From Malacoraja senta (taxonomy: Eukaryota): a stretch of DNA of 64,000 bases. Both the position numbers and the translations under genes were made by a program. Positions 50,768 to 62,672 of the stretch are shown here, piece after piece; positions within the stretch are counted from its first letter, which is position 1, and every line of letters begins with the position of its first letter. The notes beneath the pieces are model-generated. The model searched no databases. It was not told the origin of the DNA and saw only the letters and a program-made list of their open reading frames with translations. The stretch is taken from positions 17,734,001-17,798,000 of the forward strand of contig CM075990.1 in the NCBI GenBank assembly GCA_038087875.1. Direction: 5' to 3'.

Positions 50768-50834
50768 CATAGCCTTTGTTGAAAATATCTCTGGCTGATT
50801 TGCCAAGGTCTGCATATGATGGAGGTATGGCCAT
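50768..50834 (-). CDS. VDAC2: VDAC2 coding exon 1 (start codon; exon acceptor at 50839)
   Basis: cttttctgcAG|ataca[25 protein letters not shown](G)|GTAAAT; 67 coding bp. Total CDS 852 bp = 283 aa plus stop. Confidence 0.96.
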
Positions 50835-50916
50835 TGTATCTGCAGAAAAGAACATTTAATGATAAACCAAATAATTTTACTTGATTATACCAATCCCAAA
50901 ACAATTATATAAAGAT

Positions 50917-51215
50917 TCCAGGTGCGGCAGAGGTTCACCTGCACCTTCTCCAACCTCATCTATTGCATCCGCTGCTCTAGATGACAGCTGCTCTTGGTGA
51001 TCACTTCACCGAACACCTCCGCTCGGTTCGCAATAACCAACCTGATCACCCGGTGGCTCTCCCACAGCCTACTGTCTCTGCCTCTTCCTTTCTTCTCCCC
51101 CCCCCCTCACCCTCACATCAGTCTGAAGAAGGGTTTCGGCCCGAAACGTTGCCTATTTCCTTCGCTCCATAGATGCTGCAGCACCCGCTGAGTTTCTCCA
51201 GCAATTTTGTCTACC
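50917..51215 (+). mobile_element. Internally deleted Penelope fragment with terminal repeat
   Basis: ttccaggtgcggcagaggttcacctgcacc...; hammerhead variant at 51123-51150. Confidence 0.85.
51123..51150 (+). ncRNA. Minimal hammerhead ribozyme motif variant
   Basis: CUGAAGA-A-GGGU[UUCG]GCCC-GAAAC-GUU. Helix II is kept through a U-G pair with a UUCG loop; palindromic AACGUU. Confidence 0.62.
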
Positions 51216-51998
51216 TAGCACCCTCAATAAGCTGCTAATGCCAAAAGAATCCTTCAAAACTGAAGGTGAAGTTGTCGGTTGGCAAGGGAATGATGTGAGG
51301 AAACACAGGTAATGGGAATTAAAGCCTTGTTCAGGCAGGGTCAGAGTGAAGCGAGAAGTTGGATGGATGACTACCTCCAGGATGCAAACCACAACCACTA
51401 CTGGGAATGTGTTTGCAGAACATTCTAGATTTACTATCAACACACATTAGCAAGAAAACAAATTGCATTCCATTGAATGATCATTCTTAAATCACAAACT
51501 GTTTTGATATAAAAATTTGCAAGCACATAGGACCACTTCTAGCATTGCATTAAAGAACTAACTCAGATCAAACAGCATCCTTTCCCCACAGCAACAATTA
51601 AGCTGTGCAATCCAAATAAAGGTGACCAAAGAGAATGGAGGTTTGATATTTTCCAAACACCACAGGCCCTAACTTGTACTTTGTTCACTGTGTAGGTATG
51701 GAATGAGGTCCTAGAGGAATTTTCAAGGTGGGTACAAAATCAAAAAGACATTAGACGGATAAGTCAAACAGAGGAGTATGGGCCAAACACAGGCAAATGG
51801 GATTAGCGCAGGTAGGCAATATGGTCGGCATAGAAACCTGGGCCAAAGAGTCTATTTCCATGCTCTATAATTCTGACTATGTGAAAAATTTGCCCCTTAG
51901 GTCCATTAGCAGTAGAAGCAATCCATCTTTTAAATCTATGCCCTCTAGCTGTAGACTCCATGACCTTCGGAAAGAAACTGACTATTTACCTTATCCAA

Positions 51999-52740
51999 GG
52001 TAGACAAAAATGCTGGAGAAACTCAGCGGGTGAGGCAGCATCTATGGAGTGCAGGAATAGGTGACTTTTCGGATCGAGACCCTTCTTCAGACTGATGTGG
52101 AGGTGTGGGGTGCGGGGAGAAGAAAGGAAGAGGCGGAGACAGTAGGCTATGGGAGAGCTAGGGAGGTGAAGGAGGGAGAAAGCAAGGACTACCTGAAATT
52201 GGAGAAGTCAATGTTCATATCGCTGGGGTGTAATCTGCCCAAGCGAAAAATGAGGTGCTGCTCCTCCAATTTGCGGTGGGACTCACTCTGGCCATGGAGG
52301 AGGCCCAGGACAGAAAGGTCGGATTCGGAATGGGATGAGGAGTTGAAGTGCTGGGCCACCGGGAGATCAGGTTGGTGAGTGCGAACTGAGCGGAGGTGTT
52401 GGGTGAAGCGATCGCCAAGCCTACGCTTGGTCTCACCGATGTAGAGCAGCTGACACCTAGAGCACCGGATGCAACAGATGAGGTTGGAGGAGGTGCAGGT
52501 GAACCTTTGCCTCACCTGGAAAGACTGCTTGGGTCCTTGGATGGAGTCAGGGGGGGGAGGTAAAGCGACAAGTGTAGCATTTCCTGCGGTTGCAAGGGAA
52601 AGTACCGGGGAGGGGATGGTTTTGGGGGGAAGGGGTGAATTGACCAGGGATTGACCAAGAAACCATTCTCCCTGGTCAATTCATCCCTTCCCACCCTTCC
52701 CACCCCCTCCCCTGGTACTTTCTGCAGTTCTTTCTTAAAC
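51999..52740 (-). mobile_element. Penelope-like element fragment with inverted 5' segment
   Basis: ORF 52189-52515(-): RQRFTCTSSNLICCIRCSRCQLLYIGETKRRLGDRF...HFNS...RKLEEQHLIFRLG.LHP..MNIDF; terminal repeat 52000-52100; 52670-52720 is an inverted copy of 52600-52650. Confidence 0.9.
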
Positions 52741-52744
52741 ATTT

Positions 52745-53895
52745 ACCTTATCCTGTCCTTCATGGTTTTATACCTCTACAAGGTCAACCCCCACCCAGCC
52801 TCCTACACTCCAGGGTAAAGTGTCACGCCAATCTTGTCTTGTCATGGCCACAGTTATCTTGTCTTATAACTCAAGACCTTCATTTCAAGTATGATCCTTG
52901 TGAATCTTTTCTGCACCCTTTCCAGGTTGATGACATCCCACAACAAATGACAAAAACTACACACAAAATACTGCCAAGTGTGGTCTCACTAAGATATTTT
53001 ACTAGTTGTAACATGACATCCCAATGTTTGTATTCAACACCGTGATTGATGAAGGCCAACGTGCCAAACACTTTTCTTCAGCACCCTGTCTTTCTATAAC
53101 ATCATGCTAATTCTCTCAGCTTCATTACATCCTCCAGCACTGCCATTTACTTTGCATGTCCTGTCTGGTAGGAATGAGTAGGTTAACCTATGATGAACGT
53201 TCGTTGGCACTGGGCCTGTACTCACTGGAGTTCAGGAGGAAGGGGGAACCTCATTGAAACATGCAGAATAGTGAAAGGCTTGGATAGATTGAAAGTGGAG
53301 AGGATGTTTCCACGAGTGGGAGAGTCTAAGACTAGAGGTCATAGCCTCAGAATTAAATGACGTTCTTTTAGGAAGGTGATGAGGAGNNNNNNNNNNNNNN
53401 NNNNNNNNNNNNNNNNNNNNNNNNNNNNNNNNNNNNNNNNNNNNNNNNNNNNNNNNNNNNNNNNNNNNNNNNNNNNNNNNNNNNNNNNNNNNNNNNNNNN
53501 NNNNNNNNNNNNNNNNNNNNNNNNNNNNNNNNNNNNNNNNNNNNNNNNNNNNNNNNNNNNNNNNNNNNNNNNNNNNNNNNNNNNNNGAGAGTCTAAGACT
53601 AGAGGTCATAGCCTCAGAATTAAATGACGTTCTTTTAGGAAGGTGATGAGGAGAAATTTCTTTAGTCAGTGGGTGGTGAATCTGTGGAATTCTTTGCCAC
53701 AGAAGGCTGTGGAAGTCAAGTCAATGGATATTTTTAAGGCAGAGATAGATAGATTCTTGATTAGTATAGATGTCAGAGGATATGGGGAGAAGGCAGGAGA
53801 ATGGGGGTAGGAGGGAGCGAAAGATCAGCCATGATTGTATGGTGGAGTGGACTTGATGGGCTGAATGGCCTAATTCTACTCCTATCACTTATGGT
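52745..53895. mobile_element. CR1 fragments (52745-53165 minus; 53170-53895 plus, spanning the gap)
   Basis: ggcctgtactcactggagttcag, actagaggtcatagcctcagaattaaa, aatctgtggaattctttgccacagaag, CR1 3' end. Confidence 0.8.
53387..53586. other. Assembly gap (200 N) with overlapping flanks
   Basis: 53320-53386 is identical to 53587-53653. Confidence 1.
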
Positions 53896-55544
53896 TTAAT
53901 TAACCAAAATACAAGCTATCCTTCAGTCATCTACCTTTCAACTCTTCAGACTCAACAATACATGATTCTGATAGAGCTGGCAACATCCCACCAAGCGCCT
54001 ACCCTGCCTCAGGATATGAAATGAAAATGCCAAATAAGAACACCACAGGGACTTAATGTGAAGACTAAAATGACCACTTGAACTATTGGCCACAAGTGGA
54101 ACCCTGCACTGGTAAAATAAATACGCAAAGCAGTTAGATTCTCCGAAAATATTTCACCATCTTCTTTCATGTGATGGCTTCCACAAACATTAAAAACTGC
54201 AAGATTAAATTCGAATACAATATTCCATCTTCTACCTTATCAATCCACACACTATCCAAACCCCTCTGCACCATATTCTATTGTCACCGAGCTAGCTGCT
54301 ACAAGGGACACGACAGCAATGCCAACAAATTGTTGATCTTGTTAATGTGAATCCTGCAGCAACCCAACTGAGATTACAAGTTCTATGCATGGGAAGCAAT
54401 GGGCCAAAGCAACTAGCTGCCAGGCACAGCACATTGATTTAATCTGCAGGCACCATGTTCTGCAAACATTTTCTCATGTATTTAGATCCTTAAGCTTCAC
54501 TTTTGGTTTGAAGTTTGCAATGATATTACTGAATTCTGCAAACAAGGCATTGATGATTTGTCAAATACATTTATAAACTGCACAAGGGCCAACAAAGATT
54601 AAGCTCAGTACGTTTTTTCATGCTACAGATAACTTTGTGCACAGGGAAGCAATTACCAACAGGCAGACAGACCCATCTAATGTGCTGACGTGACCACTCC
54701 CCAATCAGCAGCAAACTGTCAAATCCAACAGAATGTAAAAATATTGGCTGCAATGATCATGAAATAAGAGCAAGATTGGTGTGGATTTGTAACATATGTT
54801 CAATTATCATGTGTCCAGATACAAACCAACCATTCTTTCCCTCAAAGCAACAGCTCATTTGGAAGCCAAATTATTATTTTTATCAGGATATACTAAAAAC
54901 AAGTCCTGGTGAATATCCTCCCAACAGGTCAAGTATACATGTGTACTTGGTGACCAATTCACTCCCTCAAACCTAATGCATTTTCTTCCCCCATAATGAT
55001 ATTCTAGCACCTTCCATTAATTAAAATTGTAAAACATTGAGAACCAGTTATTTCAAAAAAGCTTTTAGTTTGTGCAGCTGAAGAATTCGTTTAAAAGGAG
55101 TCATCCTTCAGAAAAAGGGTCGGATTTTGCAAAATAATAATTCCACTAGTGACAAGACCGACAAAAAAGATTGTGAGAATTTAAATATTCTCTCCTCTGT
55201 GTACACCTTCCTGCCCCACAAGTTTGCAATTACACTCGACAGACCATTGCAAAGAAGCCTGATTCCAAGTTGCTCATAACCCTAGCTGTTGAGGAGTAGC
55301 TGCACCGACTGGCTCTGGAAGGCGAGTCCCGGAGCCATGGATGGTGAAGGACGTCCCCGTCATGTGCGGTCGCCTCCCCTCACGCAGCAATGGCCGCAGC
55401 TCCGGCAGCCAGCGGGTAACCCGGGGCCGGGGAGCGGCGGGAGGTGGAAGCCGGGCCGGTGTCAGTCTGTCTGCCTCCCGCCTCTCCTCCCCCGCTACCC
55501 AGGGCTTACATCTACCCCACCGCCACCCACCTTGTGCCGGGCCC

Positions 55545-57160
55545 AGCCACCACTATCCCGGGCCCACACACACACACTCTATCCCGGGCCCACACACCCT
55601 ATCCCGGCCCACACACACACACCCTATCCCGGGCCCACACACACACACCCTATCCCGGGCCCACACACACACACTCTATCCCGGGCCCACACACTCTATC
55701 CCGGGCCCACACACTCTATCCCGGGCCCACACACTCTATCCCGGGCCCACACACTCACCCTATCCCGGGCCCACACACACTATCCCGGGCCCACACACAC
55801 ACTCTATCCCGGGCCCACACACTCTATCCCGGGCCCACACACACACACCCTATCCCGGGCCCACACACACACACCCTATCCCGGGCCCACACACTCTATC
55901 CCGGGCCCACACACTCTATCCCGGGCCCACACACACTATCCCGGGCCCACACACTCTATCCCGGGCCCACACACACTATCCCGGGCCCACACACACTATC
56001 CCGGGCCCACACACTCTATCCCGGGCCCACACACACACACCCTATCCCGGGCCCACACACTCTATCCCGGGCCACACACACACACTCTATCCCGGGCCCA
56101 CACACTCTATCCCGGGCCCACACACTCTATCCCGGGCCCACACACACTATCCCGGGCCCACACTCTATCCCGGGCACACACACTCTATCCCGGGCCTACA
56201 CCGGGCCCACACACCCTATCCCGGGCCTTCACCGGGCCCACACACCCTATCCCGGGCCTACACCGGGCCCACACACTCTATCCCGGGCCCACACACCCTA
56301 TCCCGGGCCCACACACCCTATCCCGGGCCTACACCGGGCCCACACACCCTATCCCGGGCCCACACACCCTATCCCGGGCCCACACACCCTATCCCGGGCC
56401 CACACACTCTATCCCGAGCCCACACACCCTATCCCGGGCCCACACACCCTATCCCGGGCCCACACACCCTATCCCGGGCCCACACACCCTATCCCGGGCC
56501 TACACCGGGCCCACACCCTATCCCGGGCCCACACACCCTATCCCGGGCCCACACACCCTATCCCGGGCCCACACACCCTATCCCGGGCCCACACACTCTA
56601 TCCCGGGCCCACACACCCTATCCCGGGCCCACACACCCTATCCCGGGCCCACACACCCTATCCCGGGCCCACACACCCTATCCCGGGCCCACACACCCTA
56701 TCCCGGGCCCACACACTCTATCCCGGGCCCACACACCCTATCCGGGCCCACACACTCTATCCCGGGCCCACACACCCTATCCCGGGCCCACACACCCTAT
56801 CCCGGGCCTACACCGGGCCCACACACTCTATCCCGGGCCCACACACCCTATCCCGGGCCCACACACCCTATCCCGGGCCTACACCGGGCCCACACACTCT
56901 ATCCCGGGCCCACAACCCTATCCCGGGCCTACACACCCTATCCCGGGCCCACACACCCTATCCCGGGCCCACACACTCTATCCCGGGCCCACACACCCTA
57001 TCCCGGGCCCACACACCCTATCCCGGGCCTACACCGGGCCCACACACTCTATCCCGGGCCCACACACCCTATCCCGGGCCCACACACCCTATCCCGGGCC
57101 TACACCGGGCCCACACACCCTATCCCGGGCCCACACACCCTATCCCCCCGGGCCCACACA
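55545..57160. repeat. 20-bp GC-rich minisatellite (CTATCCCGGGCCCACACACC/T), about 1.6 kb
   Basis: Direct tandem periodicity with (CA)n length variants and a CCTACACCGGG variant unit. Confidence 0.97.
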
Positions 57161-57169
57161 ACCACGTAC

Positions 57170-57300
57170 CCGCCGCTGCTCCGGTTTAAGGACGATTTGA
57201 AGGAGACAGCGCCGCGCACGCGCACTACCAACCACCTCCAGCGGGGCCCCAGCCGGTGGCCGCGGCGCGCCTGTCACTAGGTCCCCGGACATCAGAATAA
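57170..57300 (-). promoter_or_regulatory. VDAC2: Putative VDAC2 non-coding exon 1 and CpG promoter
   Basis: Minus strand ...ctgtctccttcaaatcgtccttaaaccggagcagcggcgg|GTACGT (donor at 57169); NRF1-like GCGCACGCGCA at 57214-57224; CpG-rich. The ATG exon has a splice acceptor, so an upstream exon is required. Confidence 0.55.
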
Positions 57301-57889
57301 ATCCCGCACTGCAGCGGCTCCCCGCAATGACACCTCCCCGGTACTCATGCACACGGAGAAGGAATTCCTGTCCGGCTTCGAGTTTTACTACAGGCACTGT
57401 GTGGGCCAGCTGTGGTCCGAGGGCCCGTGGTGGCCCCCTGGCGTCCGCACCGCTAGTTGCGACTCTCCTTCCCATTGCTACACTGACCTGACACTAAACA
57501 AGATCAGAGATCCAGTGTCTTATGGCACCTCTAAAAAGTTTTTTTTTAACTGTTTTTTTAAATATTATAAACGGTCAGAACGGTACTGGTACATATACTG
57601 GAACATGGGTAAGAATATTTTATTATATAAAATCCCAAAATATGTTGGGAAATTTTTGAAAACTTAATTGTTTCGTGGTTGAATATTATCAACACAGATT
57701 AAACAAGGGAGAGATAAAAAAATGAATAAGACCGAGGGAAAACTACGGTAAAGAACTAATGCATGATGACAGATGTAGGAGTGAACATGTGGCAGGTGAG
57801 GTGGAGGATGGCTGTACCAGCGTCTGACTGCCGAGGTCAATAGTGAGTACAATGGGTCAGTCAATAACGGTAATATCAGAGAAAGATAC

Positions 57890-58225
57890 AGTAACTCAAC
57901 GGGTCAGGCAGCATCTCTGGAGAACATGGATAGGTGACGTTTCACAGAGTGCTGGAGTAACTCAGTAGGTCAGGCAGCATCTGTGGAGAACATGGATAGG
58001 TGACGTTTCACAAAGTGCTGGAGTAACTCAGCGGGTCAGGCAGCATCTGTGGAGAACATGGATAGGTGACGTTTCACAGAGTGCTGGAGTAACTCAGCGG
58101 GTCAGGCAGCATCTGTGGAGAACATGGATAGGTGACGTTTCACAGAGTGCTGGAGTAACTCAGCGGGTCAGGCAGCATCTGTGGAGAACATGGATAGGTG
58201 ATGTTTCAGGTCAGGACTCTTCTAT
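57890..58225 (-). repeat. 66-bp tandem repeat x5 derived from the PLE terminal repeat
   Basis: Unit gtgctggagtaactcagcgggtcaggcagcatctgtggagaacatggataggtgacgtttcacaga (e.g. 58081-58146). Confidence 0.9.
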
Positions 58226-58789
58226 AATACAATCAGAGAATTCTGGCTCATAATGCCGGGAGATGGTGCTCGCCTTTGACAGTCATGCACAAAGATACTA
58301 GAGGAGCAGTATCTTTGGTCATGCATGACTGACTCACAGAAGATGACTACAGTACATTCTGGTCTCACTACACTCCCACTCAGCTCCCCAGATAATTATG
58401 CAACAATTTAGCAGCTCGTAAATGGAAAAATATGGCCTGCTGCTGATTTAACCAGGGTCAATGATATTCCAAGATGTTTAAGATTGTTCAGCAGCTGACT
58501 TGCTTATCACCCATTCCTCATCATTTCACCAGCTATCGCTGCATTACCCGTGACACAGCGGCCTGGGTGGACGACAGTCAATCATGTCATGTTCAGGTTA
58601 TTTCTCCAGAGGTGTTGATGCTCCAGTGGCCCCTTGAATAGCATCTGCTCCTCAGTTACAGGGTCACTGTTCCCTGGACAAATCTACAGCCAATTTCCAG
58701 TCTTGCAAACTGGAATCGCCAGTCCAATGGCCCTCCATAGATGCTGCCTGACCTACTTTTAGCACTTTATTTTGTAGGTGTAAAATAGG

Positions 58790-59130
58790 AGAGGTTAGAC
58801 AAACTTGGGTTGTTTTCTCCAGAGCATCAGAAGCTCAAGGGGGACCTGATAGAAATGTATAACATTATGAGAGGCATAGATCAGGTACAGTCTGAACATT
58901 TTCCCACTGGAAATGTCAAAGATTAGAGGACATAGCATTAAGGGGAGAGGGGTAAAATTTAAAGGAGATATGCAGGGCAATTTCCTTTTACACAGATAAT
59001 GGTTGAGAGTGTCTGGATCAGATTTGGATGGCAGATACAATAGTGGCATTGGATATGCAAGGAATGGAGGAATATGGATCACTTTCAGGCAGAGGAAATT
59101 AGTTTAACTTGCCATCGTGTTCAACAGATA
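58790..59130 (+). mobile_element. Old CR1 3' fragment
   Basis: aaacttgggttgttttctccagagc...gggggacctgatagaa...agaggacatagc. Confidence 0.7.
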
Positions 59131-59132
59131 TT

Positions 59133-59223
59133 AGAAACATAGAAAATAGGTGCAGGAGTAGGCTATTCGGCCCTTCGAGCCTGCACCGCCATTCAATATG
59201 ATCATGGCTGATCATCCAACTCA
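59133..59223 (-). mobile_element. 3' terminus of a minus-strand CR1 (continues at 61958)
   Basis: Reverse complement of 61873-61957. Confidence 0.85.
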
Positions 59224-61957
59224 GGGATATTCAATATTCAGGAGGGATAGAGAGAAAGGAAAAGGAGGTGGGGTAGCGTTGCTGGTTAGAGAGGAGATTA
59301 ACGCAGTGGAAAGGAAGGACATTAGCTTGGAGGATGTGGAATCGGTATGGGTAGAGCTGCGAAACACTAAGGGGCAGAAAACGCTGGTGGGTGTTGTGTA
59401 CAGGCCACCTAAAAGTAGTAGTGAAGTTGGGGATGGCATCAAACAGGAAATTAGAAATGCGTGCAACAAAGGCAAAACAGTTATAATGGGTGACTTCAAT
59501 CTACATATAGATTGGGTGAATTAAATTGGCAGGGGTGCTGAGGAAGAGGATTTCTTGGAATGTATGCGGGATAGTTATCTAAACCAACATGTAGAGGAAC
59601 CAATGAGAGAGCAGGCTATTCTAGACTGGGTATTGAGTAATGAGGAAGGGATAGTTAGCAGTCTTGTTGTGCGTGCCCTCTTGGGCAAGAGTGACCATAA
59701 TATGGTTGACTTCTTCATTAGGATGGAGAGTGACATTGTTAATCCAGAAACAACGGTTCTGAACTTAAAGAAAGGTAACTTTGAGGGTATGAGACGTGAA
59801 TTGGCCAAGATTGACTGGCAATTAGTTCTAAAAGGGTTGACGGTGGATATGCAATGGAAGGCATTTAAAGACTGCATGGATGAACTACAAAAATTGTTCA
59901 TCCCAGTTTGGCAAAAGAATAAATCAGGGAAGGTAGTGCATCCGTGGATAACAAGGGAAATCAGGGATAGTATCAAAGCAAAAGATGATGCGTACAAATT
60001 AGCCAGAAAAAGCAGCATACCAGAGGACTGGGAGAAATTCAGAGACCAGCAGAGGACAAAGGGCTTAATTAGGAAAGGGAAAATAGATTATGAAAGAAAA
60101 CTGGCAGGGAACATAAAAACTGACTGCAAAAGTTGTTATAGATATGTGAAGAGAAAGAGATTAGTTAAAACAAATGTAGGTCCCTTGCAGTCAGAAACAG
60201 GTGAATTGATCATGGGGAACAAGGATATGGCGGACCAATTGAATAACTACTTTGGTTCCGTCTTCACTTAGGAAGACATAAATAATTTGCCGGAAATAGC
60301 AGGGGACCGCGGGTCAAAGGAGATGGAGGAACTGAGTGAAATCCAGGTTAGTCGGGAAGTGGTGTTGGGTAAATTGAATGGATTAAAGGCCGATAAATCA
60401 CCAGGGCCAGATAGGCTGCATCCCAGAGTACTTAAGGAAGTAGCTCCAGAAATAGTGGATGCATTAGTGATAATTTTTCAAAACTCTTTAGATTCTGGAG
60501 TAGTTCCTGAGGATTGGAGGGTAGCAAACGTAACCCCACTTTTTAAGAATGGAGGGAGAGAGAAAACGGGGAATTACAGACCAGTTAGTCTAACATCGGT
60601 AGTGGGGAAACTGCTAGAGTCAGTTATTAAAGATGGGATAGCAGCACATTTGGAAAGTGGTGAAATCATTGGACAAAGTCAGCATGGATTTACGAAAGGT
60701 AAATCATGTCTGACGAAACTTATAGAATTTTTCGAGGATGTAACTAGTAGAGTGGATAGGGGAGAACCAGTGGATGTGTTGTATCTGGACTTTCAGAAGG
60801 CTTTCGACAAGGTCCCACATAAGAGATTAGGATACAAACTTAAAGCACACGGTATTGGGGGTTCAGTATTGATGTGGATAGAGAACTGGCTGGCAAAGAG
60901 TAGGAGTAAACGGGTCCTTTTCACAATGGCAGGCAGTGACTAGTGGGGTACCGCAAGGCTCAGTGCTGGGACCCCAGCTATTTACAATTTATATTAATGA
61001 ACTGGATGAGGGAATTGAAGGCAACATCTCCAAGTTTGCGGATGACGCTAAGCTGGGGGGCAGTGTTAGCTGTGAGGAGGATGCTAGGAGACTGCAAGGT
61101 GACTTGGATAGGCTGGGTGAGTGGGCAAATGTTTGGCAGATGCAGTATAATGTGGATAAATGTGAGGTTATCCACTTTGGTGGCAAAAACAGGAAAGCAG
61201 ACTATTATCTAAATGGTGGCCGATTAGGAAAAGGGGAGATGCAGCGAGACCTGGGTGTCATGGTACACCAGTCATTGAAAGTAGGCATGCAGGTGCAGCA
61301 GGCAGTGAAGAAAGCGAATGGCATGTTAGCTTTCATAGCAAAAGGATTTGAGTATAGGAGCAGGGAGGTTCTACTGCAGTTGTACAGGGTCTTGGTGAGA
61401 CCACACCTGGAGTATTGCGTACAGTTTTGGTCTCCAAATCTGAGGAAGGACATTATTGCCATAGAGGGAGTGCAGAGAAGGTTCACCAGACTGATTCCTG
61501 GGATGTCAGGACTTTCATATGAAGAAAGACTGGATAGACTAGGCTTATACTCGCTAGAATTTAGGAGATTGAGAGGGGCTCTTATAGAAACGTACAAATT
61601 TCTTATGGGGTTGGACAGGCTAGATGCAGGAAGATTGTTCCCGATGTTGGGGAAGTCCAGGACAAGGGGTCACAGCTTAAGGATAAGGGGGAAATCCTTT
61701 AAGACCGAGATGAGAAAAAACGTTTTCACACAGAGAGTGGTGAATCTTTGGAACTCTCTGCCACAGAGGGTAGTTGAGGCCAGTTCATTGGCTATATTTA
61801 AGAGGGAGTTAGATGTGGCCCTTGTGGCTAAAGGGATCAGGGGGTATGGAGAGAAGGCGGGTACGGGATACAGAGTTGGATGATCAGCCATGATCATATT
61901 GAATGGCGGTGCAGGCTCGAAGGGCCGAAAGGCCTACTCCTGCACCTATTTTCTATG
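59224..61957 (+). mobile_element. Near-complete CR1 ORF2 (AP endonuclease and RT), 5'-truncated and inactivated
   Basis: GGGVALLV, VYRPP, IMGDFN, GKSDH (APE); NYRPVSLTS, YLDFQKAFDKVPH, GVPQGSVLGP, KFADD (RT). In-frame stops at 59522-59524 and 60269-60271 and a frameshift near 60895. Confidence 0.96.
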
Positions 61958-62672
61958 TATCCCGTACCTGCCTTCTCTCCATACCCCCTGATCCCCTTAG
62001 CCACAAGGGCCACATCTAACTCCCTCTTAAATATAGCCAATGAACTGGCCTCAACTACCTTCTGTGGCAGAGAGTTCCAGAGATTCACCACTCTCTGTGT
62101 GAAAAAAGTTTTTCTCATCTCGGTCCTAAAGGATTTCCCCTCTATCCTTAAGCTGTGACCCCTTGTCCTGGACTTCCCCAACATCGTGAACAATCTTCCT
62201 GCATCTAACCTGTCCAACCCCTTGAGAATTTTGTAAGTTTCTATAAGATCCCCCCTCAATCTCCTAAATTCTAGCGAGTACAAGCCGAGTCTATCCAGTC
62301 TTTCTTCATATGAAAGTCCTGACATCCCAGGAATCAGTCTGGTGAACCTTCTCTGCACTCCCTCTATGGCAATAATGTCTTTCCTCAGATTTGGAGACCA
62401 AAACTGTACGCAATACTCCAGGTGTGGTCTCACCAAGACCCTGTACAACTGCAGTAGAACCTCCCTGCTCCTATACTCAAATCCTTTTGCTATGAATGCT
62501 AACATACCATTCGCTTTCTTCACTGCCTGCTGCACCTGCATGCCTACTTTCAATGACTGGTGTACCATGACACCCAGGTCTCGTTGCATCTCCCCTTTTC
62601 CTAATCGGCCACCATTTAGATAATAGTCTGCTTTCCTGTTTTTGCCACCAAAGTGGATAACCTCACATTTAT
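61958..62672 (-). mobile_element. Minus-strand CR1 of the same family (host of the nested insertion)
   Basis: ORF 61894-62802(-) is nearly identical to the C-terminal part of 60936-61883(+). Confidence 0.93.

Noticed and set aside
55289..57280. Three long plus-strand ORFs (581-663 aa)
   Set aside because: All three frames are open only because the 20-bp minisatellite has no stop codons; the products are permutations of one repeat.
57890..58225. CRISPR-like periodicity of 66 bp
   Set aside because: Whole units are near-identical with no unique spacers; eukaryotic context with no cas genes.
59224..61957. Active autonomous LINE or domesticated RT gene
   Set aside because: 5'-truncated, with two in-frame stops and a frameshift.
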